Origin: Octopus sinensis
Lineage: Eukaryota
Assembly: GCF_006345805.1 (NCBI RefSeq)
Contig: NC_043008.1
Span: 29,326,001 to 29,390,000, forward strand
Reading direction: 5' to 3'
DNA length: 64,000 nucleotides
In this document: piece by piece, positions 52,266 to 64,000 of the stretch
Layout: each line of letters opens with the position of its first letter
Position numbering within the stretch: the first letter of the stretch is position 1
Program-made: the position numbers and the translations under genes
The notes under the pieces: generated by a model
Seen by the model: only the letters and a program-made list of their open reading frames with translations
Databases searched by the model: none
What the model was told of the DNA's origin: nothing

Positions 52266-53703
52266 GATTAAGTTTGTGCGTCTCACTTGAATTTATATTC
52301 AATTATATAATCGTTAGAAAATACGAATACAAAATGGTTTTTGGAATATGGCCATACTGACGTGATTCCAGTTATTAGAAAAAAACTGAGAACAGTCTCT
52401 GTTTCATATATGAAAATAGTTTAATGTTAATGACATAACAATGCTTAACTGTTGCAAATTTCTGCAGAATTAATCGGAAATGTTAAAAACGTGACAGTAT
52501 ATGATTTATGGCAAAACAAATACATTTTTATATGTTATATTATTTGTACTTAGCAATAGTGTTTTGATATAAAAACATTTCCTAAGGAAAATATCAAATT
52601 ACCTGTGAGAATAGTCATAAGTGACTTCGAGAAGTACAAAAACTACTATCTACATGTAAGACAAAGCCATACACATAGAGGATTTGCTGCGGAGGAACAT
52701 TTTTAGTAAAATTTAATGACTATGTTATCCATGAATATTCCTACGATGATAGGTTTCTCTTTGTTTTTAACATCAAAATGACACTAACGTTTACTTAATG
52801 ATGGTTTCTAGAATATGTGTGTGCGTGTGCCTATTTGTGTGTGTATGTGTGTGTGTGTGTGTGTGTAAATTCATATAACAGTATATGTTTAATTGTATTT
52901 GTTATACTTTACGGAATTTACACATATATATGAAAGCGAAAGTGATATTGTGATTACTAATTGCTGAATAACGTAAAGTTGAACAATCTATCAAGCCTCA
53001 CTATGAAATATATTGTATAACAAACAATGCAATGCATATTACATTACATACACATTCCATTTCTATTATATACAATATTGATGAATTTAAATATATTTAC
53101 AATGATCACAATATATAATTGTTACTTGAAAAATGTTCGTAATACACACCAAAGAGAAAGAAAAGCTTCAGACGACGGATAGCCTGAAGGATTGATAGCT
53201 CAAGAAGTAGGAAGTCACAGAAATCAATACTATTCAGCATCCGAATGTGGTAATATCAAACTACCTGGTAGAAATTATCAAGAGAATAATGCAGAATAAT
53301 CTTTGCTCTCTCTTCCTCACTCTATTTTTGCATCTTTTCTCTCTCCCATGCACATAATATCACTGTCTCTTATGCTATCTCAGCATATATATATATGTGT
53401 GTATGTGTGTGCATGAGTGTGCGCGCGCGTGTATACATGTATGCGCGCACATAAATAATTACGTAAGCATTTATGTATATGCATGTATGCTTGCATGCAT
53501 GTATCTCCAAACATATGGAGCAAGAGCCTAATGATGGTGTGATTTTTTGTTTGTCTTTAGTATACAATTGATTTTGAAATTAATGAAATACGGAAATCGG
53601 TTCAGTAAATATAAGTATTAACTTAAATTTTCTATCTACATTTTCCATAAAATATTTCTATACATCTATCCTTGCGAAAAATCCCTTTTCTCCATATATC
53701 GGC

Positions 53704-53739
<36 letters not shown>

Positions 53740-53880
53740 CAAAGAGGAATGTGGAAACATTTTGGTATTATTCATTAACCATTATACATGTTTCACTTAC
53801 TAATAGGAATCACAAAATTGTACATGTTGGATGAACAACGAATAAATGTATTCAGAGCGTGAAACATTAACTAAAATTAT

Positions 53881-53952
<72 letters not shown>

Positions 53953-54270
53953 ATGTATGTATGTATGTATGTATGTATGTATGTATGTAGTATGTATGTA
54001 TGTATGCATGTATGTATGTATATATGAATGGATGTATATATGTATATACGATTGAATGGAGAAAATAATAGAACGTGGCAATCAAAATAAATTATTAAAT
54101 AAATTATTTACTATACTCAGCTCCATGCAGAGTGCATTTCTGTACTCTCTTAGAACGAACAACATGATATATATTGTATTACATCATATGCGTATGTATG
54201 TGTGTGTGTGTTAGACATACATGCATAGATGCATATATATATGCATATATGTGTTTATATATATACAGAC

Positions 54271-54336
<66 letters not shown>
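54271..54336 (+). repeat. (GATA)n microsatellite
   Basis: Directly visible. Confidence 0.95.
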
Positions 54337-54337
<1 letters not shown>

Positions 54338-55469
54338 AATATAGCTATATATAGATTTGCATAAAGATATAAATATATAGAAATATATATTTATATGAGT
54401 GTGTGTACGTACGCGTCTGTGTGTATGTGCATTTCATTATCATTTCGTTTCTATGTAAATATTATTTCACGTACTTTAACTGCTATCCTAATTGGTAACT
54501 GCCATTATAATAAATGCACCCAACAGTTTTAACCACAGAATTTCTTAATATTTTCTTTGCAACATCATTGCGTAGGCATTGCGATTTGTTTTGTTGTTTT
54601 CTGATAATATCCATATTGGGAAATATGCCAAGTGATAAAATCTTTACAAATATCATTTCCGCTCCCGATTTGCCATCTTAAGGAATGAATACCCCTTTTA
54701 TATCTGATGCCATTAAATAACCGGTGAATAGGTAACAATGCCGCTGTTCTATTGAAGCGCAATATTATATTCTAATATCATATTGTAACCCATTCCTTCG
54801 TCAGCAAATCAATTAGATAGTATCTGCTGTATTATATATCCGTGACAATCAGAATTCTCTATTATTCGGCATCGTAATAAAATAATGCGCATGATTTCCA
54901 TTGATTTTATTCTCTTGCTTATTCTAACACGATCTGAGGATACAGTAAGAGAGCGGAAATTCGAAGCTTGGATAAGCATCTGCCTACGAAACAGTTTTAA
55001 AAATTATCAAAATCTAAGTTACTGATTACTTTTTATTTGTATCGCAGCTACCGAAATATAGTGTCATTTGTTTCCTTTTTCTTTGAATTTTTGACCATGT
55101 CATTTGCTACACGAATGTCCAATAGCGCCTAGATTGCGTCCCGAAGTGTTTACATATATCTTAGTTATAAGAGTCATTACAATTTAGGCACATCAAAAAT
55201 TAGAATGCCAGAACAGGTTACGATAATACAGGATCCATACCCAGTTAAACAATCATGAACGTATCAGGTATTGCTTGGATGCTATAAATATGTAAGCACC
55301 GAAAACAATAGATCTGACTGGCTCTAGGTGCAGGGTAAGTTCTTGTACCTAATAGTTTCTGGTGTCCTGTGTTGACATGTCTAGATTCCGATAGATCTTG
55401 TACCTAATCTATATAGTTAGAAAGACAGAAACAGAGAGACAGACATATAGATAGCTAGTTATATATGAG

Positions 55470-55470
55470 A

Positions 55471-55506
<36 letters not shown>

Positions 55507-55662
55507 CAGTGTTGCTGCTGCAGCTGCAAATTTGAAATCAACATTAATCATAGGAATGATGATTATTATTATTATTAGTAGTAGTAGTAGTAGCAGTAGC
55601 ATTAGTAGTAGTAGTAGTAGTAGTAATAGTAGTAGTAGTAGTAGTAGTAGTAGCAGTAGCAT

Positions 55663-55693
<31 letters not shown>

Positions 55694-55694
55694 T

Positions 55695-55741
<47 letters not shown>

Positions 55742-55800
55742 TGCAGCAGCAGCGGTATTAATAGTAGTAATAGCAGTGGTAGTAGCAGGAGGAGGAGGGG
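55470..55800 (+). repeat. (TAC)n ... (TAG)n trinucleotide mosaic
   Basis: Directly visible. It is the source of the poly-S, poly-L and poly-T ORFs. Confidence 0.9.
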
Positions 55801-56355
55801 AGGAAACATTATTCATTACTTATTTTCATTAAATAAATCTCTTCAAAAATACAGATGTGGATGTGAGCTTGACTTACAAGTTATTGATTATGATGATTTC
55901 TTGGTCGAAACCATTTGAACCCTGTTATTATTGATTTCTATTAATATTAAAAATCTTGTATTCTCTTACAATAGTTAGTTACTGGCCTACGCCTTGTAGC
56001 ACCAGGGCTTTCAAGTTTAAATCGTATCATATATATGTACGTTTTCATATAGGAATTGATATCTTTCTCAATTAGGAGAATTTACGCATATCAATGGTAG
56101 GGATTCATAAGCAGTTACTGAATTTAGACTGGTGGTAACGTAACTACAAGCGCACACAATTATGTGTGCAATATCATGTTGATGTTTAGCAACTATTCAC
56201 TTTACCATTAAATGTGCTGTACGTTCTGAGAGCATGATAAATTCATTGCTTAAAATCAGTACTAAACATTGGGTTCTGTAATAATTGTGAATTAAAATGT
56301 TTCGTATTTGGATTGATCAATTCATATATAAGTATGTGTGTGTGTGCGAGTGTGT

Positions 56356-56869
56356 GTTAGTTAGTTAGTTAGTTAGCTAGTTAGTTAGTTAGTTAGTTAG
56401 TTAATTTGGCTCAAAAGCAAATAGCAAGGCCATGTAGGGGGACATGGAGTTAAGTACAGGGTGGTGTTCATGTAAAGAGTTCAGGCCACTTGAGGTCAAG
56501 GGAGGCTTTGAACAAAGCAGTCGTCGGCATCTTCACCATCTCGTCTGGCAGCTTGTTCCACGGATCCGCAACCCGGACGGAGAAAGCTCCTCTCCTTCGA
56601 TTGAGATGAAATCGTCGCAGGTAGAGCTTTTCGGAATGACCCCGCAGCCGACGCTCTGGAGCAGGAGTGAAGAACAGCTCTTTCGAGAGGTTACACTTTC
56701 CGCTTATGATGTTGTGGGCGAGAATGAGATCACCACGGCGGCGGCGTTTTTCAAGAGAATAAAGGTCGAGCGTCCTCAGCCTTTCTTCGTAGGACAAATT
56801 TTTGAGACCATGAACCATGCGGGTAGCCAGCTTCTGGACTCTTTCGAGATGCTGTATGTCTTTGAGGAT
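56356..56869 (-). mobile_element. Young 5'-truncated CR1-clade LINE 3' end with (CTAA)n tail
   Basis: Uninterrupted frame ILKDIQHLERVQKLATRMVHGLKNLSYEERLRTLDLYSLEKRRRRGDLILAHNIISG...RLRGHSEKL...RRGAFSVRVADPWNKLPDEMV...FKASLD, the canonical CR1/L2 C-terminus, with stop at 56468. A short 3' UTR and the tail (56356-56402) follow. Confidence 0.92.
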
Positions 56870-58200
56870 GTGTGTATGTGTGTGCGCATGCGCTGTGTAT
56901 GTATGCGATGTGCATTCATGTATGTATGTTCTTATGCATGTATGCATATTTTCTACCCACAGATTATGAAAGGATTCGCGGAAATAAAAACTAGATGTTC
57001 TCTTTCAATGTACCGTACTTCAAAACCTATAGAAAAATCACCTGGATGCGAAGCGAACTTTGTTCATTCAGTTGGCCATACAAGCGTCAGAATATTTGTT
57101 TATGTACATTTTCTTCTGTTTGTGTTCTTTTTATATTACTGTCTCAAGTGTTTACAATCGATTTAACGCTGACAAAAATATGCAAAAACAAAGTGGTTGA
57201 CTGCAAAACACAATATATTGACAAAGATATATTACACCATCGAAAATAACAGGATATATTTCAGAACCACTACGTTTCTTGGTGTTTAATGCTAAATTAT
57301 TTGGAAACAAATAAATATATATAAACAAACAGTTGTAATTATAATTTCAAGATTTTACTGCTAAGATTCCCAGATTAATATATCATTTTATCGTGATTCT
57401 GAGTTTAGATGTTATGAAATAAGGAATATTTGTATAATCATTTAAACATAAAAAGATTTTAAGTAGTACTTTCTTCTGAGTAGTTAGTTTTTCTCAAGAT
57501 ATATCTTGTATACATACTAGAATAAAATGAATAGTTAACAATATTTATATATTTATTAGATTTTATGTATCTTCCACAATTATGTACCTTCTTATCCAAA
57601 GACGTACAAGCGTACAAACATGCACATATAGATACGTATATACATACATATACATACGTACATTAATACGTATCAAACTCATAAAAATGTATGTATCGGT
57701 ATTAAATAAAAGAAGTGGAATGTGCGTCGGTTTGACCGTTATACATTCATGTTGCTCTATATAGCTGAACTGCCTCTGCTTATCCATTTAATTAGCTAAT
57801 TTGTGGTTAAAAATTACTGAATTGCCTCTATCCTTAACGTAAGGAATAATCTAGGAATAACCTATGAAGTAAGAGGATTTAATTCAGGAGTAGACTATGG
57901 TGACCGGATTAATCGAAATCCTTGATTAGTAATTTCACTCAAAATAGTTCGCATGTAAGAGGGTTCGAATATAGTATTTGCTAATGATGCCACGCCAAAG
58001 AATTACACATGGAGTGTTTACGGTCTCGATGCGAACTTCCGAATGCCTCGTTCGTATTTGTGTCTACAAGCACAGGCATACGCGCGGTCGAGAACATATT
58101 CACACAAATACAAACACAGGTATGGATATATATATATGCGCACATGGGTATGTACACGTTCATATATGCGTGATATAAGTTTTTACAGACACACACACAC

Positions 58201-58275
<75 letters not shown>

Positions 58276-58320
58276 GTGTGTGTGTGTGTGTATTTATTTA
58301 TAATATAATGTGCTCATGCG

Positions 58321-58396
<76 letters not shown>

Positions 58397-58425
58397 ATTT
58401 ATTTATAATATAATGTGCTCATGCG

Positions 58426-58459
<34 letters not shown>

Positions 58460-59152
58460 GGAAATGAAAGACGGAAGATGAAATATAAGTATGTATGCGT
58501 ATATATGTGTATCCGTGTGTCAGAATCTATTTGATTGTCACTTTGAATTGTTATAAAATTTTTAAATAAATTCAGATAAATTATAATCGATAATAGTAAA
58601 GTTGATGATGATGATGATGGTGACGATGATGACGATTATGACAACGATGGTGGTGATGATTATAACATTTCTCGATATAGTAATTATCATGTAAATTTTT
58701 TTATGTTTATTTAGTGTATTATTTGACATATTGTATGTGGGTAATCATTCTAATGGAGAGAAACATTTCTACAGCTGAAATTCATTTAAAAACTCTTTAA
58801 AAAGTATGTTTAATGAGATGAAATCCTATCAGATATGACCAATTTATTAGTCTCATTACAATTCTAGATCTGTTTGTTGTTTCTGATATTTACTTCAATA
58901 CACTCTGATGGCTGCGACCAATTCATACAACAAGGACAGATTGATGTCTGCTCATTAGTCTCTATTGTTCGTTTCTTCATTATTGGAACTCTTTCATTTT
59001 TCGGATAACAATTTTCATAATTGTTAATATATTTTCTACTCTATGATTCATTGTAATATATAACTGTAGATAGTTAACTATGGAAAAAATTACTTCTACT
59101 CTACTCTTCCCCTGCAAACTAAAATTACAAACGAGAAAGACGAATCAAAGAA

Positions 59153-59153
59153 T

Positions 59154-59211
<58 letters not shown>

Positions 59212-59224
59212 CAGTAGTAGTAGT

Positions 59225-59264
<40 letters not shown>

Positions 59265-59265
59265 C
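59153..59265 (+). repeat. (TAG)n/(CAG)n microsatellite
   Basis: Directly visible. Confidence 0.95.
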
Positions 59266-60114
59266 TAGTATTAGTAGTATACAAGTTTGTTGTTCATCAG
59301 TCTGCTTTTTCATCCCACCTCCGGGGCAATCTGTGTCGGAACGGGTAAAAAATGTTATAATAAATAGTTATGAAGTTGTAGTTATAGATTCACAATATAT
59401 ATATTTTTTCAGAATGATGATGTAAGGATTCTTTAAGGAACAACACAACGATCCGGTGTCGATTCTCGTTTAAACCAAAAGAATTGTCTGAATGCCACTG
59501 AAATAAAATAATTTTACACTTGTAAATAAGGAATTATTTTGTTCTTTGATATGTAATTTAAAGTATGGTTTCGTTTCAGTTTGGGTTCTGTTCCCAGCTA
59601 TGCTGAAGTCTTTAAAATAGGACTGGGGTCTGTCTAATCGCCTTATATCTTTCCCCGAAATTGCTGTCCAAATCTTGAAAGCAACATTTATTTCTGACAT
59701 TATATTTTAAGATATGCACACACACAAATATATACGCGGACACGCACACGCACACATACTTATGAAATGAGGTCCAGTTGAATGAGCCGATCTCAACCGT
59801 TGATCAGTTCTTATTTCATCGTTCTAGAAGTAAAATAAGCAAATTCGATCTCTGAGTTAGCTGCACGCAGATTCCAAGGGGATGTAATTAAACGCTGTAA
59901 CCTTTTATATCTCCGTATTTTTATTCTCACTCAATTTAACAATTTTTAAATCCTGTGAACCGATAAAACATGTTTAATTTTCATTTAATGCAGGCCTAGA
60001 GGTATAATTGTTCTTGTTTTAATTTTAAGCATTCGGGAAAATTGAATTAGCCGATGACAGCTATGAAAATTCTCTTTACTATCTCATACACTGTTCTGTA
60101 TTTATATATATATA

Positions 60115-60230
60115 TATTCGCCTGCTCGCTTAGCCAGCGGCTTGGCGTCATTTGAAGGCTAAAGCAATGCGAAGCGCATTGTGACCAGCGATGTGTAACA
60201 ACATCTGATAGCCTGGTCGGTCGCGGTGAT
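60115..60230. repeat. GC-richer ~115-bp segment between (TA)n tracts, probable interspersed repeat
   Basis: Compositional island directly upstream of the 60254 hammerhead motif. Repeat status is inferred, with only one copy in the window. Confidence 0.35.
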
Positions 60231-60253
60231 ATATATATATATATATATACCCG

Positions 60254-60314
60254 GATAACTGAAGAGATGGTGGCGTGGATTTCCACGTCGGCATCCGAAA
60301 CACCGAGTTTTATC
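60254..60314 (+). ncRNA. Putative type I hammerhead ribozyme with long stem II
   Basis: Reads GAUAA-CUGAAGA-GAUGGUGGCGUGG AUUU CCACGUCGGCAUCC-GAAA-C ACCGA G-UU^-UUAUC. It has a perfect 5-bp stem I, a 12-of-13-pair stem II with one extra C, a 2-bp stem III and a GUU triplet. Confidence 0.65.
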
Positions 60315-60431
60315 ATGGCTACCGAATAATTGTCACATAATACATTTACAGATAAATTCCTCTATTTACATAATATCGAGGTCTCTTTCTTTTGTTGTCT
60401 TACAGTTTTATCAATATATATATATATATAT

Positions 60432-60473
<42 letters not shown>

Positions 60474-60623
60474 TTAATACAAACATGAACAATGAGAAAA
60501 CGCAACAATGCGAGGACATGGAACATGTATAGTGTTATTGGACGCTCAGGAAAGGTCCAAGGAAGGGAAGACGGAGAAAGAAAACTGCATATATATGTAT
60601 ATATATATTTGTGTGTGTATGTG

Positions 60624-60748
<125 letters not shown>

Positions 60749-61882
60749 TTGTATATATGACTAAGTTTAAACAACATTGCTAAAATCTAGAAACCGCACT
60801 CCGTATCTGACAGATCTGTGTAATTTCAGCTTCACCCATAAGGAATCAGTATATTTCGAAACATCCCGAATATATTTCAGTAATGACTTTCGTGAAAGTT
60901 TTGTGTTTTAATAGATAGTAATTTGGGACTATAGCAGAATTAGAATCGCTGTTCCGTGGACATTTCTACATAGTATATCATTTGCCTAAAAATAAAATAA
61001 CTGATATCCAACACTGAAACACATAGCTTGCACGTAATTGTCTTGATCCCCATAACATATTCCCTCGAGCGAGAATTACTGCTGTATAGAATATTGTAAG
61101 GAAAAGGAATAGAGAGTCTGCATTTTTTTATGATTTTGAAATTAACTGATTTTAATTTCATCTCATTCCGAATAGCACTTGTTCTATCTCATAAAAAGTT
61201 ATATATTTCTTCTTAGATTTAATTGATGTTATCTACACTGAGATCAGCTAGTTGTGATATTAAAGTCTTTTCAAAACCCATCGACGATAGAAATAAACCG
61301 CTCACGGAATTAAAGTTCAAGATATGTATCATCGCTTTAGGTATTCTTTAGTATGGAGAGATATGTCGCTGCTTGTTTATACTTGCCGCAACATCAGATA
61401 TCCGCTAGCAGTCAACCAAACACTGAAAGAAAATAAATATCCCATTAAACAAAAGAAAGATACAGACGTATATTTCGGAAGAGAAGCCAAATCTTTGATA
61501 TGGAACATATCCAACAATTTCGACTGCAGTCTAAATATATTACGTTTTCTGTCGACGTATATCATACAAAGGGAGTCAAGGTGGTCAGTGTGTACAAATA
61601 CTTTCTAATTAATTGATAAACACTTTTCTACCATTTATTTTGTCTGTGAAAAAGCTAGCAAAATCTACTGTAAATACGATGAACATAAGACAATTCTTCA
61701 CTAAGTTGAAACAAGCACTTGATAGAAAAAAAAAGTTTGAAGAAACTAAATTCACTTTAACTCTTGTATTCAAAATCTTTTTCACAAAGAAATGCATGTG
61801 TATGCATAAATGTCACTATGTATGCATGTATATATATATAGATACATCACTCTCTCTCTCTCTACGCACACAAACACACAAT

Positions 61883-61947
<65 letters not shown>

Positions 61948-62049
61948 ATGTATGTATATATAAATACAAACATACATGCATACACACACGCACATATAAT
62001 CCTTACAAATATAGGCACGCTTCCTGATACTTATTTCATGGAACACTAA

Positions 62050-62122
62050 AGGAGGAAATGGAAAGTCAATTTCGATGGAATTTGAACTCAGAACATAGGC
62101 GTGGATAAACTGCACCTAAGCA
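62050..62122 (-). mobile_element. SINE family B fragment
   Basis: aaagtcaatttcgatggaatttgaactcagaacatag matches the family-B core. Confidence 0.55.
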
Positions 62123-63687
62123 ATAAAATTCAGCAGCAGCACATTTTTAATTATGCTTTAAATCTTTGTCAGAAATATTATAGATAAAAGATGTTATGCA
62201 TACCTTTTCTACATGTGTAACTTTGTAATTCAGGTAAGAAAAATTTATATCTTACATGGAATGAAAGAATTACCGAAATTTTCCATGCTTTTAGTTTGAT
62301 ACAACTAATTCTTGACATTCCACAGCGAGAAATCATAGTCACAATAAATTCTTATTTATGCTCTTATTAAAACTTGTTTACATGAATTTATTAAAAACGG
62401 TGAAGATACCCAAATTTAGTTTATGCGACTAATTGTATGAACAACAGATTATGCCATTTCAAACTTTCGACTATAGCCAATGCATACGGTAGCAAATATG
62501 CAACACACATCTATAACGAAATAAAAAGGACACGAAATGACATGCTCTCTAACCAGAACTTGTGTTAAAAATAGTTAATGTAACCGTACATTGTGATTTA
62601 TCAGTTAACATAGACCACATAATTCAGGAAAATCGACCAATAATCGCACTCTGAGACAAACAGATGTCTATAATATTTATTTACATTTGGGTATTCCAGG
62701 ATAAAATATTTCAATAAAAATCTTTTAATGTAAATATGCACAAAAATCAACATATCGGAAGTGGAAAGTTATAACAGCTTAAAACGAAAACTATTCTGTT
62801 ATAAAAAAAATAAAACCAACTACATAAGAAAAAAACAATCCTAGGAAACTTTTTAGGGCACCATAATCCCAAGAAGTTTTTACTGACTTCTTGTGTACAC
62901 TTTCTTTGATGGATTCTCTCATATTGTGTACGTTTCCAGGATAATTGCAAATTTACACTGCATACGATAAACAGTTGTTTTCTCAATATATTTTAAAATA
63001 TATTCATAAGCTACTTAGTAATTTAATATATATAACCACTTACAAATCAATATTTAATATAACATTATGCCTCCAATTATTCAATTCTAAGTTTATGCTT
63101 AGAATTACGTTTGTATTACGTTTTTATGTAAAATACAACATTAACAAATTTTATTAAATTTAATACCGGGTATATAACAAATCATATAGTTAAACAACGT
63201 ATATTTGTGATGTATAGAAATGTTCAATATTCTACGAAATATGTAGCACAAACCGAGTTCAAAGCATTTAGTTGCTTTGTCTTTCTCTAACTCATACATA
63301 ATAGCTCGACAGGCGTTGTACAGTGTGGCAAAAAAGTTTTTGATAATGAAGCTTTGTTTTTTATTGTCACAGAGCCAGACAAATTAGATGAATGGCGCCT
63401 TTTAAATCGACCAGAATATTAGACCGCAACTTAATTCATCAAACCTGTAATAGTGAAAAACACACTCGGTTCGACATAGATTTACAATTCATTATTTTTG
63501 GTTCGATAAAAAGAGCCTGTCTTAAATTATCTGCTTTAATCGCATGAACACTCAAGAGAAATGCATGTCCCTCTAACAATATAAGAAATGTATATTTGAT
63601 TTCAAATTTCGGAACAACGCCAACAATTTCTAGGGAGGGTATAAGTGAGTTAAGTCAAGTCAAGATTTCAAGTTTTAAGTTAACCAC

Positions 63688-63805
63688 TGAAAGAAGGAAA
63701 GGCAAATTTGACCGTTGCTGAATTTGAACTCAGTACGAAGCGACGCACGAAATACTGCTTAGTATTTTGCCAGGTATGTTAAGGTTTCGGCCAGCTCGCC
63801 ACCTT
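63688..63805 (-). mobile_element. SINE family B, 5' half
   Basis: gaaaggcaaatttgacc...gaatttgaactcag...gaaatactgcttagtattttgccagg...gccagctcgccacctt. Confidence 0.75.
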
Positions 63806-63874
63806 ATATCACAAATAAATACCAGTTTCAAATTTCATCAGAATGCCAGTAATTTCGGACAAGTGGGTATGTAA

Positions 63875-64000
63875 ATAACATTGAGCCCAGGCCTCAACTA
63901 TTACTTAATTTATCGACCTCGAAAGGCTGAAAATCAAAGTTGACCTCGTCGGAATTTTAACTCAGAAAGTTGAGACGGGCAAAATGCCCGCTCAACCTTT
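63875..64000 (-). mobile_element. SINE family B copy running off the window end
   Basis: tacttaatttatcgacctcgaaaggctgaaaatcaaagttgacctcgtcggaattttaactcag. Confidence 0.7.

Noticed and set aside
55300-55345. Strong splice-donor-like CAGG/GTAAGT at ~55333
   Set aside because: All frames from the nearest plausible upstream acceptor contain stops. A non-coding exon cannot be excluded but is unsupported.
56444-57166. 240-aa plus-strand ORF, the longest in the track
   Set aside because: It is the antisense shadow of the CR1 LINE ORF extended into a microsatellite.

Overview
Very AT-rich, microsatellite-saturated eukaryotic DNA with one 100-N gap (4570-4669). The SINE-like repeat families look like those I remember from Octopus (cephalopod) genomes; this is inference from memory and was not searched. 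I found no host protein-coding exon, rRNA, functional tRNA or CRISPR array, so the window is probably intergenic or deep intronic. Almost all ORFs in the track are translated microsatellites. The rest are retroelement or transposon remnants: four RTE-clade LINE 3' fragments, a young 5'-truncated CR1-clade LINE end, a cluster of R4/Dong-clade (RLE) LINE fragments in (AAT)n tracts, an internally deleted mariner and a possible Penelope GIY-YIG relic. Several tRNA-derived SINE families and a ~555-bp non-coding (AAT)n-tailed retroposon (three copies) are also present. The main discovery is RNA-level. Three unrelated short non-coding repeats each carry a foldable type I hammerhead ribozyme motif (14642-14701 minus, 46205-46249 minus, 60254-60314 plus). 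One has a compensatory U3-A8 core that a fixed CUGANGA search would miss. Another sits at the tail of an apparent tRNA-headed SINE. These folds were made by eye and activity is untested.
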